Source: Octopus bimaculoides
Taxonomy: Eukaryota
Length of the DNA: 64,000 bases
Assembly (NCBI RefSeq): GCF_001194135.2
Contig: NC_068989.1
Coordinates: forward strand, 2,156,019 to 2,220,018
Direction of reading: 5' to 3'
A program made the position numbers and the translations under genes. The notes below the pieces were generated by a model. That model was given only the letters and a program-made list of their open reading frames with translations. It was not told the origin of the DNA and searched no databases. This document shows positions 52,158 through 64,000 of the stretch, one piece after another. Numbering within the stretch: the stretch's first letter is position 1; each line of letters opens with the position of its first letter.

Positions 52158-52745
52158 TATCCATCGTTGGCTGATGGATCTATGTTGTTTCTGTCTCTTC
52201 TGAATCACCTTAGGATTCGCATAGCGTCAATCTCGTAAGCGATTTTATGGCCGTATCAGGTTTCTGACTGTTCCTCTAGAATTCTTTGTACTCAAAAGCC
52301 ATCGTCCCCAACCGAATAGAATACCATCTAAACCATCATACTTAATTTCGCCTCAGACTATAATAGCGGGAACTTGATGAATACAGCTGCATAACCTCGT
52401 AACCAGATGCACAAACTGGATGCAAATGTAAACCACATTGAGAGATATCCATGCAGCAGAAACATGTAGGACAGATTTTAATTAAATATGTTGTATAATT
52501 GGTTGTAATAACGAAACCGTGTAGATGTAATTATTTTCCTTATATGTTTGAATTGTCTTGGATATAGACTAAGTGAACTGTTTATAGTCCAACGAAGCGA
52601 ATCCAGGATTCACCCATCGGGTGAAATAAACCATCGGATGGTTTACCACGAATAATACTAGTTTGTTCCTTACCATTCGATGCGGTTAGCCATAATTTGG
52701 ATTTTACTAGAATACTTGAATGGTATCTGCCTGGATATGTAATGC

Positions 52746-52784
<39 letters not shown>

Positions 52785-52788
<4 letters not shown>

Positions 52789-53033
52789 AATGATAGCGAT
52801 TAACAAACTTGCCTTTAATTAATTTGGTACGTATCGTTTCACGATCAGCGGTAAGAAGTTACCTCATTTATTAAAATATTTGGCTGATGATCGAAATGAG
52901 GTAACTTCTTACCGCTGATCGTGAAACGATTCGTACCAAATTAATTAAAGGCAAGTTTGTTTTTTTTTGTTTTTTTTACTCTTCTCTTCTGTCTTTAGTT
53001 CTGTGTGTACCATGAATATCGCTATCAATTAGA
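52785..53033. repeat. Foldback element: 68-bp inner arms (1 mismatch, 24-nt loop) plus 16-bp outer inverted repeat
   Basis: 52802-52869 versus 52894-52961, and 52785-52800 versus 53018-53033 (15/16). Confidence 0.92.
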
Positions 53034-53229
53034 GAAAAATTTGTAGTTTTAGAATCAGTAGTTCTTTGGCTGCTGTTTCTGAATTCTCAGTATGTTGGAG
53101 AAGCAGGTTTTCTGCTAATCCCTATATATTTATGATTATAAATGGCTTTACCGAAAAGGTTTTTTCATACTGAGCTACCCGGCATAATTGTTAATTATTA
53201 ATTTTATTACTAATTGACGATTCCCTGCC

Positions 53230-53267
<38 letters not shown>

Positions 53268-54447
53268 AAATGTATAGATGTATACACACACACACACACA
53301 TGCATGGTCCGCGCGCATTTGAGTTTCCATCTACCTATATAAATGTATGTATCACTTTCTCCACCATCCTCTCTCTCTCTCTCACTCTGTATGTACACAC
53401 ACACACACACACACACATGATGGAAGCAGATATTTTCTTTCTATCAGTTGTCAGTTCCATCAATATTCCATCTGAAAACGGCACCATTTGTAAATAAATG
53501 AGTTTTTTTTTTATCATTTTCATAAATATTGGATAAGGTGTGTGAGCGAATTGAAATATCGGATACAAGATGGGCTCGAAAATATTTCTATATAGTAAAG
53601 ATAATCTACCCACTCAATCTCCGAGCGTGCTTCTCTATATTCAGAACAAGAGAACACTTTAAACACAGTTATCCCAGGTGGACAATGACCGAACAACAAA
53701 ACAAAACGGAATGATTGTTTCATGAATGGAAACACTGTTGGTTGTACACATCATTGCCAGTTTCATTTTTTTGGTGACTGTCACACAACTCATAAACAAA
53801 AGCGTGTGAATATCACTCAGCAATATTGGTACATGCAGCTTTACGGGCGAGAAGAGTAAAAAACTTCTGTTTATAGTCTGTGCGAGATTCTGTAATAAGC
53901 AGATGGTAATGAAGCATTGAAGCAATTGTAATGAAATGTAATAAAGCCTGTCCAATCCATCATCTGGTATTGATATCTTCGTATACACTTTACGGATAAA
54001 TACGACTTTCCACAGATATATGCAATGAAAGATGTTTCAATGAATGATTAACGTTTAGTAACTGATGCCTGCAGTAGAGCTCTTTGCAGAGCACACTAAG
54101 TTTTTATACCCAGAATATATATATACATACATATAAAATGATTTGGCGCAAAACAAATCAGTGCAGTGCAGTCTTCAACGTGACGTGTAGAGAGATTTTT
54201 TTCATCGTGGTAACACGTGCTGAGTAAAGTGTGGCTATAATGCTAGTCTCAAAACCGATCTACGTGAGTCCAAATACTAGAAAATATATAGCTGGATGCT
54301 ATATAGGTATGTCGAATGAGTTTTTTGACCTGTTTGCTCGCAGAGGGTTGACTTCTGTAGTTAATATCAGTGTTATTTTTTCGGCGGATTAAATAAGAGT
54401 TTTCACTGTTATTTCCAGCAGGTAGACATACTCAGTATGTCCTTCGA

Positions 54448-54512
<65 letters not shown>

Positions 54513-54799
54513 GAATGTATGAATGTATACATTTTTGTGTGTCATAATCAATTATTTAACGCCATCGTTCATAATTTAGACAATGATGGATGAAATTTAT
54601 TTTGATATTTTTAAGTTGCTAAGAGATGCATGCATCTGCGTGTTATTCATTTTGTCACATATGAGTGAGCGAGTGTATAATCAATGATTTTGGAAATGCG
54701 AATATACACAGCGTAGATGTTGTGTTAGAACACACAATGCTGCATTATTTACCAATGAAAAATAAAAACAACATAGGAAGAACGAAGTTTCACTAAAAT

Positions 54800-55540
54800 G
54801 GCTTTAGCCTAACGCTATCAGGGAAGAAAAAAGTGGCTCGACTTTTCGAACGTTACTTCTTTGACAAGTGTAAGTAGAAAAGAGGGATCGCGAATGAGAA
54901 ATAGTAACAACGAAATATAAAAAAAAATGAGGTAGGGAAGAAGTACAGAGAAGGAGGAAGCGATGAGGCTTGTAGGTAAAGAGAAGTGAGGCCTGGGAGG
55001 TGAGGTTCAGGCGGCTGCTGTAGTGTTGGCGTGGAGAGGGAGTGTAATTTGCGAGATTTGATTGGAAGTGATTAAACGGAAAATTAGACAATTGAGAGAT
55101 GAATGAAAGAATGATGGAGTGAAGATGGAGAAATGATAGGTGAACGAGAGGAGGATGAGAACGGCTTTTGTAGAAGGTGATGGTGGGGAGTGCGGATTTG
55201 GATGTGGGTGAAGGGGAGAGGATGGAGAGGGAGGGGATTGATTCTGTGAAGGTGTAAGCAGATGGTGGGATGAAAACTGAGTTGGAAAACATGAGGGATG
55301 AGATGAAGGGGGTGTGAAAGGGGACAAGGAAATTAGCCTAGTTTGAGTAACGTGCTGGGGATGGGAGAAGTTGTGCGGGGTGAGAACATGGTTGGAAGCG
55401 GAAAATAGCGAGAGGGACGAAATGAAAGCATAGGTGATAGAAGAGGATACGGGGATTAGGTATTTAAGGGTGGAACTGGGATGAGATGTAGAGGAGGGGA
55501 AAATCAATGTAATAAAGAAAAAGAAAAGGGTGCATAAGAG
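54800..55540 (-). mobile_element. Probable very decayed CR1-group LINE (pre-RT and early RT region), strongly pyrimidine-skewed on the minus strand
   Basis: Weak resemblance of FNHFQSN..SPRQH.SRLN.TS..LL.YKPHRF and the terminal FEK..H to the LE-x-N-x-LL-x-D-x-QYGFR and AFDKVWH motifs. Confidence 0.35.
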
Positions 55541-55794
55541 GAAGCAGCAGAAATAATGTTCAATAATGGAAGCAGGGAAACGGGAAAATATGAAGGGGAG
55601 AAATAAAACTATATTACTAAGAGGGGGGACTGTAGGTATGATGAGGGAGTTAAAGGGCAGCAGAAAGTGTAATAAATGGATAGAAAAACTATTTCAGACA
55701 ATATTTAACTTAGACTAAGGTTGGTTATCTCTATAAGAAGAGGAGGAAGAACCTGGTCTACATGATAGAGCCAATATTGTAAACCACGTTAATG

Positions 55795-55993
55795 ATTCTA
55801 AGGCCTGAAATTTTGAAGGAGAGGTAAACCAAGTACATCGACCCCAGTACTCGGCCCCAGTACTGGTACTCAATTTATCGACCTCGAAAGGCAAAGTCGA
55901 CTTCGGCGGAATTTGAACTCAGAACGTAGCGGCAGACGAAATACCGCTAAGCGTTTCGCCCGCCATGCTAACAGTTCTGCCAGCTCGCTGCCT
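55795..55993 (-). mobile_element. SINE family A, full length
   Basis: Head (rc AAGGCAGCGAGCTGGCAGAAC), core and tail. Confidence 0.9.
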
Positions 55994-56664
55994 TATAATA
56001 AAGATATAATAAAAAAAATATTAATGAGAGTTGTGACTTACATATTTAAATTATCACAGTGGCTTTGATAATAATTATAATGCTAATAGTGATTGTGATG
56101 ATAGTAATGTATTGAGACTGATAATGCTGCCTTCTATAACGATCTTGAAAAGACATCCAATGCATCGTTCGTAAGACTTGAAACTGCAGAATAGCTATTA
56201 GTTACTACTGACTACACTTTATTGTTGTGTATAAATGTATACTTACCACAACACACTGCATCATAAATTACATTGGATCCAAGTTCAACTGTAAACGCCG
56301 ATACATCGCACATATCAGCACCTTCTCGATCTCTTAATGGATTTTATCTACATCCTTGGCAACCTACATCCGCCTCATTAACGCTAACGTTATACCTTAT
56401 GACACTTTCTTGTGCATCATTAATAATGGAATATCGTATCTAGTAAGACGCTTAGCACGTAATGTTTGCTGCTGAGAAACTCTAGAAATATTATCTTAGA
56501 ATGAAGACTTCTACCTTAATAATCTCTGTAACATAATTACTTCCTACTGTCACTGCTATTAAAAATGTTTTCATGCTACCATAAAACCTTACGCTGTAAC
56601 GGAACTAGATAAATCGTTACGTTCAACTGTTCACCACTCAGCTGTCCTTTCTCTTCCTCCATAG

Positions 56665-56937
56665 CATTTGTTGTCTTCTGAACATCAGTCCGGAGTTTTC
56701 TACCTTACGGCATCGAGCCGTAAAAACCATGCCAAATCAAACGCTGGAACCTTGTGTAGTCTTCTGCATCGAAAGCAGACGTTAAGCTACGACGACAACG
56801 ATGATGATGATGATGGCAATGTAGTTCCTGTTCAAAAAGACAAATTATCAGAGGCTTTGTTAAGAAATCACAGGACTGAAATCTTGAAATGGGCTACTCA
56901 AAGACTCTGTTACAGTCTGACGGATGGGAACGTCTAG
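56665..56937 (+). other. Candidate unannotated exon or ORF (90 codons), product unknown
   Basis: Strong acceptor-like tract TGTCCTTTCTCTTCCTCCATAG precedes an open frame to TAG. No recognisable family. Confidence 0.2.
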
Positions 56938-57115
56938 TAAATATCCCGATAGAATGTTGCAAGATAGTTAAATGGACATCAATTACAGAACTGAGAGAGC
57001 AATGACCGAGGAATGGATAAACAGGAATCAGCCAACCATTAATGCTTTAACTAAATCAATGATAATTCAGGTAAAAGTCCTAATATTAGCTAAAAGAGAT
57101 CCTACAACATACCAA

Positions 57116-57163
<48 letters not shown>

Positions 57164-57594
57164 NNNNNNNNNNNNNNNNNNNNNNNNNNNNNNNNNNNNN
57201 NNNNNNNNNNNNNNNNNNNNNNNNNNNNNNNNNNNNNNNNNNNNNNNNNNNNNNNNNNNNNNNNNNNNNNNNNNNNNNNNNNNNNNNNNNNNNNNNNNNN
57301 NNNNNNNNNNNNNNNNNNNNNNNNNNNNNNNNNNNNNNNNNNNNNNNNNNNNNNNNNNNNNNNNNNNNNNNNNNNNNNNNNNNNNNNNNNNNNNNNNNNN
57401 NNNNNNNNNNNNNNNNNNNNNNNNNNNNNNNNNNNNNNNNNNNNNNNNNNNNNNNNNNNNNNNNNNNNNNNNNNNNNNNNNNNNNNNNNNNNNNNNNNNN
57501 NNNNNNNNNNNNNNNNNNNNNNNNNNNNNNNNNNNNNNNNNNNNNNNNNNNNNNNNNNNNNNNNNNNNNNNNNNNNNNNNNNNNNNNNNNNNNN

Positions 57595-57626
<32 letters not shown>

Positions 57627-57962
57627 GTGTGTGTACTTATGTGCGCAACCATGTGCACACCCTCACACACATATAACTATAGGTGGCAAATCAAATACGA
57701 GCAAAACAACAAAAGTCCAAAGAACAACCAGATTTATTTTGATTTGCACGCCCACTCGGACCTTCCACCTGAATGAAATCAATAATGTGGAGTACATCGG
57801 ATTATCTTACGATCTTACGACGTTGGACTATCATCTCGGATTACATTGGTTCTGCAGCTTGTTTCTTTGTGTGTATGCATGCATGTACATTTATATACAG
57901 TCGCGTACACACGCTCACACACGCATGCTCACACACACACACGCACTCACACGAACGCACAG

Positions 57963-58031
<69 letters not shown>

Positions 58032-58686
58032 NNNNNNNNNNNNNNNNNNNNNNNNNNNNNNNNNNNNNNNNNNNNNNNNNNNNNNNNNNNNNNNNNNNNN
58101 NNNNNNNNNNNNNNNNNNNNNNNNNNNNNNNNNNNNNNNNNNNNNNNNNNNNNNNNNNNNNNNNNNNNNNNNNNNNNNNNNNNNNNNNNNNNNNNNNNNN
58201 NNNNNNNNNNNNNNNNNNNNNNNNNNNNNNNNNNNNNNNNNNNNNNNNNNNNNNNNNNNNNNNNNNNNNNNNNNNNNNNNNNNNNNNNNNNNNNNNNNNN
58301 NNNNNNNNNNNNNNNNNNNNNNNNNNNNNNNNNNNNNNNNNNNNNNNNNNNNNNNNNNNNNNNNNNNNNNNNNNNNNNNNNNNNNNNNNNNNNNNNNNNN
58401 NNNNNNNNNNNNNNNNNNNNNNNNNNNNNNNNNNNNNNNNNNNNNNNNNNNNNNNNNNNNNNNNNNNNNNNNNNNNNTATATAAATATAATAAATATGTA
58501 TATGATAGATAGATATATATATATAATAGGCCAACAGGCTTTGGGGGTCTGACGATCGGCCACAAAGCTAAACATTTGATTGACTGGAGATCCAGTGTAA
58601 TCCTATAAACCGGCTGTCCCCATTTTTAAAAATATACATTGCTCTACATCTTTGAATAAGCTTCTTCTCCGGATTCTTGTTTCCTA

Positions 58687-58723
<37 letters not shown>

Positions 58724-59200
58724 AACATATATTTAAGATTCTATACACCTAGATTGTGTACATTTCTCACATTCAACTTCGTAAGTCACTCGAATTTCTA
58801 GGTTATTTCCCATATCAGTTTCGAAAGAAACGCAATTTGCCTCTAAACACCGAAGGTAAACGTCCGTATTACACTATGAACAAAATCAATGCATTTCTTT
58901 AATTATTTATTAATATTTCACTAAGTTCTATTGCTCAGCAGAGCGTAACTTCGATATGAATTCTATATCGAGGCGAAGTTATTCGACATAACCTTATGAT
59001 GAACATGCAGCATATAAGTATTTCTCCAGTTTGCGCGATTAACGATATTAATTGAAATATACCAAGAAGCTACTGGCGTAATGTATCGTTATCTGCTTCG
59101 TACGATTAACTATATTTTCAATTATATATTCCGGTATATTAACCACGATTTATAACCAATCCATAAAGATTATATAGAACTACATTATATTTATGCACAC

Positions 59201-59232
<32 letters not shown>

Positions 59233-59241
59233 GAATTTATG

Positions 59242-59300
<59 letters not shown>

Positions 59301-60601
59301 NNNNNNNNNNTATATATGAATTTATGTATGTATATATGCATGCACACTTAGAAATATATACATTTAAATACATATAATTTAGAAAAAGTTCTGCATAATT
59401 TCACGATATTTGGAAACGTTTTTTAAATTAAAAAATATCAGTGATATAAAAGCAGTCTTTAAACGAAAGCAGATCAGCAAAAACCTACGAAAGGAAGCCC
59501 GTTGGCATAAAACAGGTCACAAATTGATGCTTGTTTTCAATAACAGTTTTTACTATTTCCACTAGTTGAGATTTAAAACTTGCATCATTTTGCCTCTCAA
59601 AATTGATCGGTTTCTTCCGGTATTTTTGAAGAGGACGTATTGAATTTCCCATACCACATGTGCACTATGCTACATTCCAGACAATCCATATTTGCATTCA
59701 TTATAAATAGTTTCTTGTTTTCAGTCGTTTTATTTTTTTAAATTGTTCAGTCACATCGCATGACACACAACGAATGTCTTCACCTTTTAAATTACATTAT
59801 ATTTTCTTGCGATGCGAATTTCCCTCTACTTAGATTCGTGGATTGTCTTCGAATATTAATAATTTGTGTCTCTATCATCTGTTGCCGAGTTGTGAAGAGC
59901 AACAAACACTAACATATATATATATTACATAAAAATATACATAAAAAAATTTTCAGTTTCCCTTTCACCAGGTTCACTGAAAAATTAATAGAAGGCACTT
60001 GATCAAAATGCCGTACACTGGATCTTAAGCAAACACCAGATAATCGGGTAGTGTTAAAGAGAGCCTATCCTATCACACACACACACACGTACACACACAT
60101 ACGCACGCACGCGCGCACACACACACACACATAAACACGCACACATACACGCATATATGAGTCTTGTTTAAATAGACATGCCTCCAAGAACAACAACACA
60201 TTACAAAATATTTAATGAAACCATACCTATGTAATTCCTAACGTCTTTCTAGTTTTTTTTTCAGCTACCGACGAGTACTTTATGACAACTCAGATTCTTA
60301 AATATGAATTTCATGTCATCCTGTAGGAAACAATTGTATAGCTGCATAAACGAAAAAAATTATCATCCATATTGACATCTAATCTGCTCCATTTACGTAA
60401 ATATGAACAAACTTGTTGAAGTCTGTTTAATACGTTAACTCATATCATTAACACTCCTGTATATATATNNNNNNNNNNNNNNNNNNNNNNNNNNNNNNNN
60501 NNNNNNNNNNNNNNNNNNNNNNNNNNNNNNNNNNNNNNNNNNNNNNNNNNNNNNNNNNNNNNNNNNNNNNNNNNNNNNNNNNNNNNNNNNNNNNNNNNNN
60601 N

Positions 60602-60639
<38 letters not shown>

Positions 60640-60772
60640 AGCGCAGGCGTGGCTGTGTGGCAAGTAGCTTGCTTATCAACCACATGGTTCTGGGTTCAGT
60701 ACCACTGCGTGGCACCTTGGGCAAGTGTCTTCTACTATAGTTTCGGACCGACCAAAGCCTTGTGAGTAGATT
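60640..60772 (+). mobile_element. SINE family B 5' half
   Basis: GCGCAGGCGTGGCTGTGTGGCAAGTAGCTTGC...CCTTGGGCAAGTGTCTTCTACTATAG. Confidence 0.9.
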
Positions 60773-61677
60773 TTAAAATTGTAGGTATATTGTGCGTTCA
60801 GTTCGCTTCGTGGCTGCATGTTTCCAGATAATTCCTTGGGATGCACTGCAAGCGCAGCTATAGCGTGCATCTGACCATTTAATTTGCGAATATAATTTGG
60901 TTGACAGAAATTGAGCAGCGTTGATATTTATCTCAGATCTCCCCAAGTCATTTTGTAAAAGAAGGCCATAATCAATACCATACAGCCTACGTTGGTCATA
61001 AATCCGCTTAATTAAAGTTATTCTGGGTCTACATGTAAGCAACACAACTGGCGACATTATACATATATCATGTAGAAATCGGTCCTGTCATTGGTTCAAA
61101 ACAAAATTATCTTTATTGTCGTTTAGTTCGAGTTAAACGATGTTGTGGCCATGGCCGTCGTATATTTTATGCACATAGTATATATCTAGGACTCAATTAT
61201 GTACCAATTTCTCCGTTTTTAATGAGTGTTTGCTTTTCAAGAGAAAATGTTGCTACTTATCGCCAATAAGAAGCTTTTACATTTAATTAAATATTTTTAA
61301 AAATTCGTGAGAATTTGCAGTGAGATCATTGATGCGCGGTGATTTGTAATTTGAAAAACATTTCTTTTACTGAAAAGCAATTATTAAAGACAGAACACAC
61401 AAGTAAATTTCTGACAACGCTTAGCGTTTGTGTTCAATGTCGTTAGCTCGATTTCCGTTGACAGAAAATTGTTTTGCATTCTTCCAAATTTGAGGGAAAA
61501 TATACAAACAAGTCACTGATGACAAATTTTTAATGTAGGTGATAAGATATCGATGCAGTGACTGTAAGATTCGACTGCGAACACCTGTAATTCGTTAGTG
61601 GCAAAAGCTGGCCACACGCCAGGCGGAAATCAGTCCAAGTGGTGGAATGGACCCGACGCATACCTTTTACCGTTTAC

Positions 61678-61982
61678 CTTTACTTCTTTTTAGTCAATGG
61701 ATTACGGCCATGCTGGAGCATCCCTTCCCTGAAGAGTTTTAGTCGAACGAATGAAACCTGATTAAGTAATGAGGCTCTAAAAGAGAATGACTCTCCGCAA
61801 ACACAATAATATATATAGACAGAGAGATAGACATAAGACAGGCTTTCAGTTTCCATCTACGAAATCCACTCCCAAACATTTAGTCGGTCCGAGGCATAAA
61901 TAGAAAACACTTTCAGTGGGGCTGAACTCAGGACCATGTGATTAGGAAGCAAACTTCTTACCACACAGCCACGCTTGCACCG
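61678..61982 (-). mobile_element. SINE family B, internally deleted
   Basis: Head at 61900-61982 and tail at 61678-61755. Confidence 0.85.
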
Positions 61983-63202
61983 ACATACACTCCATACTAT
62001 TTTTGTGAAGAGATACGAAGATCTCGCACTCCATGACCTTATCCTTTTGATTTATGACTTTGTTTCCATAAAACAAATTAATCTGCACTTGATGGAGCAA
62101 GCAAAAGATAATTCCTGAATTCGGTGCGTATCAAGAGATGTTAATGATATCTCTGTAACTGATATTTGTATCCATATGTTAGGTTTGCAATAATCTTTTA
62201 CTGTATTTGTATCGATCTGTTTATGTGTATCAATTGGATCTAGCTGATGTTTCTATCGATCTTTTATAATGTTTGCTGCAATTTGTTTCCAACCTCGATT
62301 ATTTCGTGAATACTTTATATTTCTATCAATTTTCATGATAAACGTATCAATCTCTTTTGATGTTAATATTTCACGCTCAGTAGTTATCTTTTCTTAACTA
62401 CTTCTAAGTTAATCATAAAAAGACTTAAAGTGCAGGTATTGCTCTGAAGGTGCGAACTCCAAAAGAATACAAATAAACATCGTCTGTGATTACGATCACA
62501 CAAAGGCTAATTGGAACGCTAGGGACAAAGATCTAAGCTTCACAGGTTAATCAGTGCAGGGCTGGCAGTGCTCACGGCCTTTAAAAGCTCACAAATACTG
62601 TTGATGTCGATGTCACTGCATGTTGCCTGGCCTACATTGGTAGATCAATAGTTACATGAAAAATGTGACTCGACACAGTAGACTGCACCAAAAATTGACA
62701 AGGACCCGGTGGTTGTGTTTAATCAAGACCTGTTAAATTCCAAGATAACATGCTAGAAACACTCGAGAAGAAAATCATGATGTGAATGCGAGCAGCGTTT
62801 TGGAAAAAAGATGGTATAATGCTATGAAGTGTATAGTTACCAACAAGCATTGGTTCAATAAATGATACCAAATAATTTTAATCCGGAATTAAAACTAATT
62901 TGGAGGATCCAGGATATATCACGCTCCACTGTATGTTCAAATATTTTGTTGTTTTTTCAATTGGGAAGCAACATATCTATGGTTTCCGAGTAACTGTGTG
63001 TATTCGCTAGGACTTTTGTAGCGTTGATGAAGTGAAATTAATTCAACTGGTAATACAGATTCAAGTTATTCACAACATTCAACTTATACCATGACGCATG
63101 GCGCAAGCGATTGGAATGTTATTTCTTCTTAATGTAGTCTTTAGAGAAAAAATTCTGCAACAAATGCAGAGTTGAAATGAGAAAGTCATTATCCCGCTTA
63201 CG

Positions 63203-63264
63203 CATTATATACATTATATACATTATATACATTATATATACATTATATATACATTATATACATT
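63203..63264. repeat. CATTATATA(TA) minisatellite, about 6 units
   Basis: Direct observation. Confidence 0.85.
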
Positions 63265-64000
63265 GCAGGAAGGCACAGCTATATTTTTACATGTTGTCGG
63301 TCAGCAATCCTCTTACCATACAACCACTCCTGCGCCTAATGTCCAATTTTATTTTATGTCATATCCATCTGAAGTGTATTTGCGAGGGATTATTGCAAAA
63401 TAAATTATAACTTATTCGCAGTTATCCTTTGTCTCTTATAAATCCGGTATTATTCCTAGTTTTCCATGTTCACAGCGAATCTGCTATTATAAGGTTCACA
63501 AAATGCGATATTTAAATATTTCTCTTTATTCTTTTCATATTATGGTCATAACTTGTCTCCATTCCTCAAAGGCACGGTCAATTTGGCCAGATAAAGTTTT
63601 ACGGATCTTACAACAGATCTATTTAATAATGGTTTCAGGCCAATATCGCTACATTTTTCATATAATTTGCTATCAAACTTCCTGCCAAATATCTTCGTGG
63701 TATATGGTATTCGCATAAAAAAGCTTCTTGTGTTACTTTATGCATAAAATATGATAAGAAAACTTTTATATAATTTCCTGCAGCCTTTCTCCTTGCTAAG
63801 ATACGTTATATCAAAATTATATCCTCAAACTCCATACTGCAAAGCTTTGTCTATTTTGTCATAAACGTAATACATTCTGTCTCACTGGCTTCCGCTTCAT
63901 TTTACCTTAACAAAAGTTTCTATTAATCGACTGTGCAGCTACTACAGAGCAGTTTTTCCATCTTTAATCCTTCATCTTTTGGTGAAACGTATCGTTCCTT

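Noticed and set aside
63380-64000. Possible decayed LINE on the minus strand
   Set aside because: No diagnostic motif could be read in any frame.

Overview
AT-rich, microsatellite-saturated eukaryotic genomic DNA with about 16 N-gaps, almost all flanked by (TA)n, (CA)n or (GA)n. The repeat landscape looks like an octopus (coleoid cephalopod) short-read scaffold; this is inferred from repeat style, not from a search. I found no convincing host protein-coding gene, rRNA or true tRNA, and most of the supplied ORF track is translated microsatellite or N. The window reads as intronic or intergenic DNA built from decayed mobile elements. There are two abundant tRNA-derived SINE families (A and B, at least 10 copies each) and a third tRNA-headed family (C). 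LINE fragments are of CR1-group, RTE (BovB-like and Rex3/Expander-like), L1/Tx1 and RLE (R4/Dong-like) types. There are also Tc1/mariner fragments and two Penelope-like element (PLE) protein fragments. The most interesting signals are structured RNA or DNA. Three distinct hammerhead-ribozyme-like motifs lie at about 11.1, 17.35 and 41.9 kb, one of them in a PLE terminus that also carries a tRNA-like Pol III cassette. There is also a branched foldback island at 20.6-20.9 kb, a near-perfect 68-bp-arm hairpin at 52.8 kb, a 3' tail shared between a CR1 LINE and SINE family B, and a dense GTCAC motif cluster at 35.6 kb. Family assignments come from motif recognition by eye, and repeat boundaries are approximate (about +/-20 bp).
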